A stretch of 45,599 nt of DNA, taken from the IMG/VR virus record IMGVR_UViG_3300022719_000041, positions 1 to 45,599 of that record. The stretch is one strand, 5' to 3'. The translations under genes were made by a program, and so were the position numbers. The notes beneath the pieces were generated by a model. That model was not told where the DNA came from. It saw only the letters and a program-made list of their open reading frames with translations, and did not search any database. Positions 1-9,000 of the stretch are shown here, piece after piece; within the stretch, counting starts at the first letter, position 1; each line of letters opens with the position of its first letter. The stretch comes from a virus. Its lineage: Duplodnaviria > Caudoviricetes.

Positions 1-2
1 GC

Positions 3-140
3 GTCAGCGGCTTCCCGCGCATGGCGCCGATCGGCGACCGACTGCTTCTGGCATGGACCGCCTCGGGCCGGCCTGACGGCCAGGCAGGCGGCACCCGGGT
101 CGTGACCGCGTTCATCGAGCTGCGAGATACCGAAAATTGA
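3..140 (+). CDS. 3' end of a host gene (possibly BNR/sialidase-like beta-propeller protein), truncated by window start
   Basis: Open frame VSGFPRMAPIGDRLLLAWT...TEN* ending TGA 138-140, GC-rich codons; family call from recollection of the SGFPRM..LLLAWT C-terminus. Confidence 0.6.
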   Translation, partial: VSGFPRMAPIGDRLLLAWTASGRPDGQAGGTRVVTAFIELRDTEN

Positions 141-161
141 AGCTTGTCGGGCATTGGATGG

Positions 162-190
162 TTGACTTTCTTGTCGGTTCGAGGTCTAAT
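162..190 (+). promoter_or_regulatory. sigma70 promoter of the tRNA gene
   Basis: TTGACT (162-167), 17 bp spacer, TCTAAT (185-190), followed by a GC-rich stretch. Confidence 0.75.
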
Positions 191-248
191 ACCCGGCTTG
201 CGGTGATGGCCGTTGTATCGGTCGAAACTCGCAATCGGAAACCCCGAA

Positions 249-292
249 GGCCAGGTAGCTCAGTCGGTAGAGCAGGGGATTGAAAATCCCCG
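249..292 (+). pseudogene. tRNA-Phe(GAA) 5' fragment; left prophage attachment junction
   Basis: GGCCAGG-TA-GCTCAGTCGGTAGAGC-A-GGGGA-TTGAAAA-TCCCC-G gives acceptor 5' strand, D arm and anticodon arm (GAA 282-284); no T arm or 3' acceptor strand follows. Confidence 0.9.
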
Positions 293-293
293 G

Positions 294-309
294 CGTTCCA
301 CGTGAAACC
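294..309. promoter_or_regulatory. parS-like palindrome
   Basis: cGTTCCACGTGAAACc fits the parS consensus NGTTNCACGTGNAACN. Confidence 0.55.
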
Positions 310-319
310 AGCAATATCA

Positions 320-423
320 GATACTTAGGCCCTCACAAGTCCACCAATTAAAGCGGTGGAAAGCCTCAATGATACTTAGGCCCTCACAAGTCCACCAATT
401 AAAGCGGTGGAAAGCCTCAATGA
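320..423. repeat. Perfect 51-bp tandem duplication, each unit containing TCCACC-N9-GGTGGA
   Basis: 320-370 is identical to 371-421; a related half-site AGGCGGTGGA lies at 441-450. Confidence 0.95.
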
Positions 424-486
424 GCCCGGCGGCAACAGAAAGGCGGTGGAGAATCGGTATAACCGGCTGTCAGGCCCACGCCCTCG

Positions 487-678
487 TTAACCGCCGTCCG
501 TGGGGGCAAGAAATGTTCCGGCACCCAACGCCCAAGCACAGACCAAAGCAACAACACCTAGCCCGATCATCAGCCCGAGCTCGCCCCGGGTCCACCGGCC
601 AGCACGCCAGCCGTCGAATATAGTGATCACAACGGTAGCTGCCAATACCAGCGCCAGACATTCCAAACCGGTTTTCAT
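487..678 (-). CDS. Small membrane protein (63 aa, 2 hydrophobic segments)
   Basis: MKTGLECLALVLAATVVITIF...; ATGA overlap with the upstream gene at 675-678. Confidence 0.7.
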   Translation of the reverse strand: MKTGLECLALVLAATVVITIFDGWRAGRWTRGELGLMIGLGVVALVCAWALGAGTFLAPTDGG

Positions 679-878
679 CGACGGAACAATTTCCTTCGTT
701 CTGCCTGCCACTCTCCAAAAGCAAACGGGCTTACGACAATAAACAAAGCTGCAAGAACCGGCCAGAGCACAGCGGCTAATATGCTGAAAAAGGGTTCATC
801 CATGGTATAACCCATACCTCCAAGAACCATCAAGACGATGGCCCCGACGATGTAGATCGCAATAATCCACTCAATCAT
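675..878 (-). CDS. Small membrane protein (67 aa, 2 hydrophobic segments)
   Basis: MIEWIIAIYIVGAIVLMVLGG...WPVLAALFIVVSPF; ATGA overlap at 875-878. Confidence 0.75.
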   Translation of the reverse strand: MIEWIIAIYIVGAIVLMVLGGMGYTMDEPFFSILAAVLWPVLAALFIVVSPFAFGEWQAERRKLFRR

Positions 879-1036
879 CGGATCAACCGCATGATGATGA
901 CGAACAGAGTAACAGGCCAGCTCAATGCGATGCTGCGCGCGTCTCGGCGCGTCTCGCCTTGATGGCGCATGTACAGATAGACGCCGCCTGCGATCAACAG
1001 GTAGGCGATGGCGATAACGATAAGTTCTGTAAACAT
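875..1036 (-). CDS. Small membrane protein (53 aa), absent from the ORF track
   Basis: AGGAG RBS, then MFTELIVIAIAYLLIAGGVYLYMRHQGETRRDARSIALSWPVTLFVIIMRLIR*. Confidence 0.75.
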   Translation of the reverse strand: MFTELIVIAIAYLLIAGGVYLYMRHQGETRRDARSIALSWPVTLFVIIMRLIR

Positions 1037-1090
1037 CACATTCTCCTGCGTGGTTAAATCCTATACGTGATTGAACCAGTAGGCATTCGA

Positions 1091-1402
1091 TTAAACAACT
1101 GCCTTTAACCAATCAGCCACGGCTGGATTCGCATTTCCATCATCAGACCACACCCGAGCTATAAATGTAAACTCAAGCGACAAATTGTTTATGCTCCAGT
1201 TCCCAGAAGCATCAGACCTTGTTTCAGCTATCACGAAATTAGGTGCGGCCTTCGGGATTAACTGGACTGCACGAGAAACAGGTGCCCCATTCTTTCGCAC
1301 AACCAATCCATGGGACGTACTACCGATGGAACCCGGCCCCCTATATTTCCCCATGTCCATAGCAAGAACATTTTCAACAACTGGGTCTGTGAACCTAGTC
1401 AT
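1091..1402 (-). CDS. Tail-fibre-associated small beta protein
   Basis: VIAETRSDASGNWSINNL...NPAVADW pattern typical of the gene following phage tail fibres; overlaps the upstream stop. Confidence 0.7.
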   Translation of the reverse strand: MTRFTDPVVENVLAMDMGKYRGPGSIGSTSHGLVVRKNGAPVSRAVQLIPKAAPNFVIAETRSDASGNWSINNLSLEFTFIARVWSDDGNANPAVADWLKAVV

Positions 1403-2345
1403 CCCAATCTCCTGTCAAATCATACAATGCAGCAAACGAAAAAATAGAATCGTTGTTAGTCCTATCAGGACAAACCCATAACCTCATTGTTCTTGTGCCG
1501 CCCGGATGGGGTAAATCGGACATATCGACTAAAGAGCCGTGAGTGCTAACCCAATCCCCCAGGGGCCAAAACACACCCCTTATATAACCCCGAACGTTAT
1601 CATCAGAATCGTAAAAATACGCACGACAAAATTCTGATTGATTTGTGACAGGATCGGTCAACCTGCTTTCTATGCCTACATCTGAACTGGCATCAGCCTG
1701 CCCCCCAGTGCTCACCGTATAGGCCTTGCCTTCTCGATTGGAATTAACTCCGTCATGCGAAAATAGAAACGTTACATGCGTACCTGTGTTCGCCGGATAC
1801 GGATATGAATTTTCCCCAAATCCGCCGATAACGCTTGAGTCGTTTTCATCCGAACCGGCAAACATAAACGTGTTATCTGTAGACTTCCTTGGTTCCAAGT
1901 TTCCAATAATGCAATGATGCCAAGTATTATCGTTATCTTGATCAGCAACATTTGTAAAAAGCATGAACGTCCGATCATCACCATAAATCTCCCAACGCCG
2001 CACCGTGGTATCCGCTAATCCCGATTTGATGATATAGGCATTATCCGACGTTGGCGATTCATCCGCCCCTGTGTTTACGTCCGACATCGTAGAAAATAAT
2101 CGAACCCTTGCTCTTCCAGCGTTTCCCAGATGATCGGCCGCTTGATCGTAGATTTGCAAAAAACCACCAAGCCCGTCTGCATCCGAATTCCGGAATGCAA
2201 TCCGGAAATTTGCAGCATCATCATGCTCGATTGTCCATCCGAGCTGAGGAAGAGCCCATTTCAAAAGTGAATACATTGCGCCATCTTCCCCAGTTAGAAC
2301 CGGAGCGCCTGTATCCAGATGAGTCAATTTCATGGGAACAGCCAT
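1395..2345 (-). CDS. Tail fibre / receptor-binding protein
   Basis: N-terminal DTGAPVLTGEDGAMYSLLKWAL..GW motif of phage fibre proteins; AT-richer DNA. Confidence 0.7.
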   Translation of the reverse strand: MAVPMKLTHLDTGAPVLTGEDGAMYSLLKWALPQLGWTIEHDDAANFRIAFRNSDADGLGGFLQIYDQAADHLGNAGRARVRLFSTMSDVNTGADESPTSDNAYIIKSGLADTTVRRWEIYGDDRTFMLFTNVADQDNDNTWHHCIIGNLEPRKSTDNTFMFAGSDENDSSVIGGFGENSYPYPANTGTHVTFLFSHDGVNSNREGKAYTVSTGGQADASSDVGIESRLTDPVTNQSEFCRAYFYDSDDNVRGYIRGVFWPLGDWVSTHGSLVDMSDLPHPGGTRTMRLWVCPDRTNNDSIFSFAALYDLTGDWDD

Positions 2346-2349
2346 ATCA

Positions 2350-3198
2350 TTACTCCATATTCAAATTAACTGAACCGCTCATGTTGAACACGCCCAGATC
2401 GAGAATACTACCAATATCTATCCAAACCAAATTTCCAGAATCACTAGAAAGAACCGGCGTAGTCATCCCATCCGGCGAATTTGACACCTCAAAACTACCG
2501 CCACCCCCGTCGACAACCGAAAGCGGGCTGCCGTTGGTTCCATCACCGGTCAGCGTTTCATCGCTTGCGACAGCACCGAGCTTTGCGTCGAGCGCGTTCT
2601 GCAGGTCCGTTTGGTCGGATAGCGTGCCGGTAATACTACCCCACGCAACACCACCCCCACCGCTGGCGACCGAGAGCGGGCTGCCGGACGTACCGTCTCC
2701 CGTGAGACTGTCGTCGCTGGCGACAGTCTTGAGGTAGCCTACGGCTGCGTGGTTACCCCAACTGAAAGCGACATCCCAGTTGCCGATCTGGGTTGCTGTG
2801 ATGCCCGCAGCAGGTGAGGCGCCGAAAACAGGGTCAGATTCGCTGGTGAGATACCCGACTGCGGCATGATCGCCCCACGAAAAGGCGGTATCCCAATTGC
2901 CGATTTGCGTCGAGGTGATCCCCCCGGCCGGCGACGCGCCGAACACCGGGTCCGACTCGGTCCCAATCTTGGCATCGAGCGCGTTTTGCAGGTCGGTCTG
3001 GTCGGACAGGGTGCCGGTGATCGAGCCCCAGACGCCGCCACCAGACTGACCCGTCGGGACATACTGCTCACCGTCCCAGGCGAGCACCTGGTTGAGCGTC
3101 GGCGACGTGTCCGCCACATCCTTCAGGTCGGACGTGAGGGAGTCCCCCAGGTCCACCAGGTGCTGGTGGCCGTCCTTGCGCGATGTCTTCACAGGCAT
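2350..3198 (-). CDS. Tail fibre shaft protein with three pairs of internal repeats
   Basis: WGSITGTLSDQTDLQNALDAK x2, ESDPVFGASPA.GIT.TQIGNWD.AFSWG.HAAVGYL x2, VASD..LTGDGT.GSPLSV x2; NQVLAWDGEQYVP fibre motif. Confidence 0.8.
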   Translation of the reverse strand: MPVKTSRKDGHQHLVDLGDSLTSDLKDVADTSPTLNQVLAWDGEQYVPTGQSGGGVWGSITGTLSDQTDLQNALDAKIGTESDPVFGASPAGGITSTQIGNWDTAFSWGDHAAVGYLTSESDPVFGASPAAGITATQIGNWDVAFSWGNHAAVGYLKTVASDDSLTGDGTSGSPLSVASGGGGVAWGSITGTLSDQTDLQNALDAKLGAVASDETLTGDGTNGSPLSVVDGGGGSFEVSNSPDGMTTPVLSSDSGNLVWIDIGSILDLGVFNMSGSVNLNME

Positions 3199-3971
3199 TC
3201 GGTTTTGTCCTCGTTGGGCACCACGATGTCCGGGTCTGCCGAGACCGCCAGCGCGGTTTCCGGGTCAACCAGATAGTCCGGATCGTCCACGGTCGTGAAA
3301 TCCTCGTCCGCGGCGACCGCCAGGGAAAAGTCCTCGATCACGTAGGCATCATCGCCCCCGACCAGCAGCGTCAGGTCTGGGGCGTCATTGAACAGCAGGA
3401 CCTCGAACTGCACGCGCAGCCCGTCGTTCATCCCGAACCGCTTGAGCCGGCCGCCGACGTTCTCGCGCAGCAGGTATTCAACATCGAAGCGGTCACGCTG
3501 CGCCCGGAAATACAGGTTGTCGTCCTTGAGGTAGGCGAGAATGATGTCGTTCTGTCCGCTGGACATCCCGCGCTTGTCGTCCATCGTCACCCGCAGATCG
3601 TAGGCGCCAGGAATCTGCGTGAAAATGTGATCGTTGTCCAGCGTGGAAAACCACCATAGCCAGCCTTCCTGGGCCTCGCCGTTCAACTGCGTGAACGCCA
3701 CCGCCGGGAACATGTTCTGGTCGAACGCCAGGTCGATCTCGACCACGTCCGGGCGCGAGAACTGCACGGCATCGGCCACGGTCGCCGAACCGACCACCAC
3801 GTCGCCGTCCAGGTACTTCGCGGTCCAGACTTGAACCTGGAGGCCCTGAGACGGATCGGAAAGCCCGACCCCGCCAAGCTCCTTGGCGATCAGCGGTGCC
3901 GTGCGCTCATCGTCCGGGTCCAGGAACTCGCTGGGCACGGACACCGAAGATAGTTCGTTAGATGGAAGCAC
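3189..3971 (-). CDS. Tail structural protein
   Basis: 260 aa, GTG start overlapping the upstream gene; ELGGVGLSDPSQGL / LAFDQNM / DIILAY motifs recalled from phage tail proteins. Confidence 0.7.
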   Translation of the reverse strand: MLPSNELSSVSVPSEFLDPDDERTAPLIAKELGGVGLSDPSQGLQVQVWTAKYLDGDVVVGSATVADAVQFSRPDVVEIDLAFDQNMFPAVAFTQLNGEAQEGWLWWFSTLDNDHIFTQIPGAYDLRVTMDDKRGMSSGQNDIILAYLKDDNLYFRAQRDRFDVEYLLRENVGGRLKRFGMNDGLRVQFEVLLFNDAPDLTLLVGGDDAYVIEDFSLAVAADEDFTTVDDPDYLVDPETALAVSADPDIVVPNEDKTECL

Positions 3972-4893
3972 GGCCCCATCCGACTTTCATACCAATCGTC
4001 AATTCCTTGGTATCGTCCTTGTCTATCACCGGGTCGAATTCAGCTTGGAACGACCCAAGGTTCCCATTTGTAGCAAACCGGCAGGATTTTACACCACCGG
4101 CGAAGTTTCCATCATTAAGCCCCCAAAACACTTCAATCTCGCGTTCTAGCGAATTGTTTGAGTATACGAGGGCAGACCACGATGACCGACCATCAGAACT
4201 ACCTGATGGTTCTTGTGTGATGGTACCTATCTCCCCATCTGCAACATATTGGTCATTAGAAAAACCTTCTCCTTGCCAATCCGCATCACGCAATATCGCC
4301 TGCCCTCCCCAATGAGCGGCTTTAGTGACCTCCGATGCGCGTGTGGTGACTGTATGCCCACTGACCGTAAATGATCCGTCTGACGTGGGTGGATACAGTC
4401 GTATCTCATACTCCACATCAAGCACTTCATCGGACAAGACAGTGATTGTTGTCGGTGTACCGGTACCATCAACAACCAATGCGCGGCTAAACAGTGAATC
4501 AGTGGCGCCGCCATTTTCTGCGATCCCTACTTCTGCAATATTTCCTTCCGCGGCTCCCTCTGCGAACCTAAAGGTTTTTCTGAACCATCCGTAATACGGT
4601 GTACTTGCCTGCGCGCCTTCAGATGTAGCTTGTGTGGTATTCGTAGACGCTATCCATGTTTCAAGCGTTGTGTCCCCAACGGCAGGATCAGTGTTCCCAC
4701 TGCCTACATGGCAGTAATCGTGTTGCTTTTTAGTACCCTTGGCGTTCAGGCCATAGTCGGTAATTAGATTATCGAACCATCCAGTGTCCAAACGGACACG
4801 ACCATCAGGGCGAAGAACGCGCATTCTATAAAAACCGCGCATTCCGACCCGGAATGGCAACACAAGTTCTTTGCGAGGACGAATGATATTCAT
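3958..4893 (-). CDS. Tail structural protein
   Basis: GWFDNLITDYGLN, VGSGNTDP...DTTL, NIAEVGI, LFSRALV motifs of tail/fibre-attachment proteins. Confidence 0.75.
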   Translation of the reverse strand: MNIIRPRKELVLPFRVGMRGFYRMRVLRPDGRVRLDTGWFDNLITDYGLNAKGTKKQHDYCHVGSGNTDPAVGDTTLETWIASTNTTQATSEGAQASTPYYGWFRKTFRFAEGAAEGNIAEVGIAENGGATDSLFSRALVVDGTGTPTTITVLSDEVLDVEYEIRLYPPTSDGSFTVSGHTVTTRASEVTKAAHWGGQAILRDADWQGEGFSNDQYVADGEIGTITQEPSGSSDGRSSWSALVYSNNSLEREIEVFWGLNDGNFAGGVKSCRFATNGNLGSFQAEFDPVIDKDDTKELTIGMKVGWGRASI

Positions 4894-4901
4894 GTCTTTA
4901 C

Positions 4902-5399
4902 CTATGGGGTTACAAGTGAAATGCTTGTGACTTCTGCAACGCCAAGCTCAATACCTTCTTCAGGCCAATTAAGATACGTAACGAGCTTTGACTCAAGCAA
5001 AACCGACGTGACTTCTGCGGGCATCAAGTCGAGCCCTTCGGGTGGCCAATCACCGTATGTCTTCAGAATTTGACGAAGGTTAATCGAGGTTATTTCAGAT
5101 GCAGATAACTCAAAACCTTCGGGTGGCCAATCACCGTATGTCTTCAGAATTTGACGAAGTAGGATGGATGTAATTTCTGCCTGGGACAACTGGATCGGGT
5201 CCATCGGCGGACGAATGGTATTGATCCGCGTGACTTCCGAGTTTCCCAGGCCCAACCCCTCGATAACATGAATCGGATACAGGCGACTCGTGAACAGCAC
5301 ATAAGTCTTGCCGTCCTCGAGCGGAATCTCGCACGGCGTCGGCTTGTTCTTCGGCCAGACCTCGATAACCGGGTCGGCCGGGACGATGATCGTCCACAT
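4902..5399 (-). CDS. Tail protein with 27-aa repeats
   Basis: AE(I/V)TS(I/V).L...L.TY..WP.EG repeated; exact 44-bp DNA repeat at 5035-5078 and 5116-5159. Confidence 0.7.
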   Translation of the reverse strand: MWTIIVPADPVIEVWPKNKPTPCEIPLEDGKTYVLFTSRLYPIHVIEGLGLGNSEVTRINTIRPPMDPIQLSQAEITSILLRQILKTYGDWPPEGFELSASEITSINLRQILKTYGDWPPEGLDLMPAEVTSVLLESKLVTYLNWPEEGIELGVAEVTSISLVTP

Positions 5400-5403
5400 G
5401 GGC

Positions 5404-5709
5404 CTACTGCTGCTTGAACTTCAATCGGATCGACAGGTCCTTCTGCCGGCCGGCCACGGTACCCGCGCGCAGCGTCGCCTTGCCCGTCGTGCCGTCGCCG
5501 GAGTCGCCGGGGCCGGTCACGCGCAGCGTCGCCGATGTCGCGGTCGTCGCGCTCACCGCCGCCGTGCAGCCCTCGGCCAGCGCCGAACTGGTCGCGCCGT
5601 TGATCTCATCGCCGTCCAGCCAGGCCGTGAAATCGAACTTGAAATCCCGGATGTCGGTCGGGTCCATTTCAATCGGCGGCAGCGCCGGGCTCCAGGTTAC
5701 TGTGGGCAT
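5404..5709 (-). CDS. Fibre/tail adaptor-like virion protein
   Basis: AAGGAG RBS; MDPTDIRDFKFDFTAWL motif common in small virion beta proteins. Confidence 0.7.
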   Translation of the reverse strand: MPTVTWSPALPPIEMDPTDIRDFKFDFTAWLDGDEINGATSSALAEGCTAAVSATTATSATLRVTGPGDSGDGTTGKATLRAGTVAGRQKDLSIRLKFKQQ

Positions 5710-5738
5710 GGGACTACTCCTTGTGCTAAATTCGGGGG

Positions 5739-6089
5739 ATGGAACTGGTCAGACGTGCGCTCCCGGGCCTGATAATCGCCGGTGCGATCATCTGGTTTAC
5801 CTACCTGTTGAGCACGCTCAACGACGCCGAGCCCCGCCCTGAGAGCAGGCCGGACCCGGCCGTAGACCGTTATTTGTTGAAGGCGTCCGAGCTCCGCCTG
5901 GAGCTATTCGATCGAACTTATGAAGATCAACTGGAAATTCTCACCCTAGAGAATCAGGGATGGGGCCTGTCCTATCCGGAGGCCCGGAACGAGGCGATCG
6001 CGGAACTGGACGACGAGCGAAGCTACCTGAAAATCACTGTCAACGACTATCGCGTCGCTGTCGGCGAAGTTCCCGAAGTGTCTCCCTGA
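5739..6089 (+). CDS. Opposite-strand accessory membrane-anchored protein (moron-like)
   Basis: N-terminal TM (LPGLIIAGAIIWFTYLL); extended -10 TG-C-TAAATT (5724-5732) lies 6 nt before the ATG. Confidence 0.6.
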   Translation: MELVRRALPGLIIAGAIIWFTYLLSTLNDAEPRPESRPDPAVDRYLLKASELRLELFDRTYEDQLEILTLENQGWGLSYPEARNEAIAELDDERSYLKITVNDYRVAVGEVPEVSP

Positions 6090-9000
6090 CCACCCGCATT
6101 CGGTCCTCGAACTCTTTCGGGCTGATCCGTGCATTTCGCCCACGAGTAGCAGCTCGGCGGGCGTTGGAAACCGACTGACTGGTCGGTCGCCACGTCGGAA
6201 TCTCTGTGCGGACGATCGAACTGATCCGGCTGTTCGGGATTCCCGCGTCATCAAGAATCCGCCGGATCTCAAAGTCACTCAAACCGGAAACCCGGACTGC
6301 GCGCACAGCATCGTGTACATCTCGGAATGCCGTCTTCCACCGCTCATCGGATTGCAAGACCGCATTGCGGATTTCGCGCTCAGACATCGGATTCGGGTTG
6401 CGGAGCGCCCGGTACAGCGGATTTCGGGATTCTCGGTAGGACCTGTTGAAGTCGAAGCCCCGGAATTTCAGGGAAGTCTCCGGGTCCGCCGTGGTCAACC
6501 GGAACCCGATCCAGCCCAGTGCCTCGTCGGCCTTCTTGTATTCCTTGCCGTAGCTCGTGACCTCGCCGTGCAGAGCTTTGAGCGATCGCTCGATGTTCGC
6601 CGCGATGCCCGGCTGCAGCCCCTTCCGAAGATGCTCCAGGGACTTGATTGCCTTGTCGATCTTGGACGCTGATTCGTCGTAGACCTCTCCGCCATCCAGC
6701 CGCTGGTTGAAGGCAACCTCACCGATCGCCGTGGCGGCAATGTCCGGTCCGAGGAACGGCCCGAGCAATTCCTTCAGCGCCTCACCCACCTTTTCCTGCA
6801 CACCCTCGTTATTCCCGTTCATGACCGCCCGAACTGGCAGTTTCAGGTAGGCGTAGGGGTCCAGGTGCGACAGGTCCAGATACCGGATATTGCCCTCCTC
6901 GTCCGGCGGCATGTACGCGAACTGCGCGTTTCTCTGCCAGGGCGCAGCCATTTCCCGGATCGCCTCGTCCTCCTCGTCGTCGATGCCGAACATGGCCATC
7001 AACGTCATCCCCACCGCAGAAGCCCCTGCTCCCGCTGTCGCCATGCCCACCATGCGCCTTGCCGCCATGCTCGTCCGCCCAGCCGCCAGGTCTTCTCGGA
7101 CAATGCGGAATTGCTGACCGGTCGTCCTCGCGATCTCCCATGGGAAGGAGACAAACGTGCCGGCCCCCGGGAACCGTCTCAGCCAGCGCACAGACTCAGG
7201 AACCATCGAATACGTGGGGTAGCCGTTCCTGATCCGGTCCGCGGCCATGGCCTCGGCCTCAGCCTCATTCATCCCGCTTTTGACCAGGGCCTGCTTCTCG
7301 TTCTCGAACCCGATAATCTTCCAGAAATCGTCACCGGCCCGGTAGATCTTGGTCGCCACGTTCAGTGTGCCTTTCAGGGCACGGGCCGCGATGTTCCCGC
7401 TATACGGGTCGGTGCTCATCACGTCCTCGAGCGCAGCCCGCATCTCCCCGGCGCGAGGATTATCGTGCAGAACGCCCAGCCGCACCAGTTTTTTCAGGTA
7501 CTCGTGGCGATCGGCGTTGTTTGAGAACAGGTCCGCCCAGGTGTGTTGGGCAGCCCGCTTGGAGTGGCGCCAATCGAAATGCCCGTTCATCACCGTGAAC
7601 ATGGACGCCGAGTAAAAGTTCCGAAATGACGTGGTGGGACTGAGCACGGTCTTCCCGTACTTTACTGCTGAATTCATTCTCAGCGCCTGCTTGTATAGCC
7701 CGCTCAGAGAATCGACGTTGACAAAATCACGTAGCGCCTTCGCAAATTCAGGCGTAGCGTATAGCCCGCTGAGCGGGACCATCGTGTCATCGGCCCACGA
7801 CGATATTTCCGTGCTCATGCGGCCAGATTCCCGCGTGGACAGGAACTCGCCGAGCCCGTCTTCCCGGACCTTGGACAGGAAGTGATGGTTTGCCACTAGA
7901 CTGCCCATTTTGGTCAGCGAGCGCGCGAAGTTCATGCGCGGATCCGTGTGCTCGCCCATCAACTCCCGGATCTCGGGCGCGATGTCCTTGCGCCTTTTCA
8001 GGATCGACAGGTCCTTCTGGCCCAGCAGGCCGGAGGACAGAAAACCGACCATACCGTCCTGATCGGTCCGGAGAATCGCGTTGATGATACCCTCGACGTG
8101 GTCCTCGATCTCCTTGTCGCTAGCCTCCGAGAACTCGTCCTGGGCGCGTACCCGTTCGTTCAGGAATTCGCGCGCACGCTCAATGACCTCTGCTGGCGGG
8201 CTCCACTTCTCATCGTCGAATACCCGGTACGAGCGATTCAGGTACTCGCCCTTGTTGGATTCGATCGTCCGGATGGTCCCGATCTTGCGGGCGATGAGCC
8301 CGCCCACATTCGGCAGCCCCTGAATGGTCTCGATCGCCTGCTCGTCACCTGCCAGCGCCGCATCCAGATTGTCCAGGAATACCTGGCGGTTTGCGTCGTC
8401 CAGTGACTCCGACGCGAACCGAACCTCGTCGATCAGCACCATTTGAACCTGTCCGGAAAGACGATCAAGCGCGCCGCGCATCACGTCCAACGCATCGCGA
8501 ACCTCCTGATCCAGCCCCTCGACCTCCCGGCCGGCCAGATATTCGTTCATCTGCTGCCGGTCGGCCTCCGGGATACGGGCATAGAATCGCTGTCCGAACG
8601 CGCGCCGAGCCGCTTTCGTGAAGTCCGCGGTGAAGAACTGGGTATCGAGCTCGATCTCGTTCTTGATCCCGTGGGTCTCGATATGCCGGGCGAACGCTTT
8701 GGGATGCAGCAGGCCCTCTTTCGTGAACAGCTTTTTGGCCCACTTCTTGTGCGCCTTCTGCTCGTCAAGTGACGGGTCGCTGGTCTGAACGGTAATGACC
8801 TTGCCGTCCGAATCCCTGCCCATGTAGGCGGTAGTCGTGAAGACTTCCTTGCCGGGTTTGACCCGCTCGCCGGATTCGTCGGCCCTGTAGGTTTTTGACC
8901 GCGAATACCGGATGTCTGGGTTGTCGGGATCGAAGGTGCCAACGTTGCCGGTGGCGGATTTGATCTGGGTTGGATCAAACACCACCCACGTCTCCGCATC

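Noticed and set aside
249-325. Complete tRNA-Phe
   Set aside because: No T arm and no CCTGGCC 3' acceptor strand downstream
293-1100. Integrase next to the att site
   Set aside because: No tyrosine or serine recombinase ORF here or elsewhere in the window; presumably at the missing right end
2350-5399. Diversity-generating retroelement or invertible tail-fibre cassette
   Set aside because: Repeat differences are mostly synonymous, not adenine-specific; no reverse transcriptase or invertase in the window
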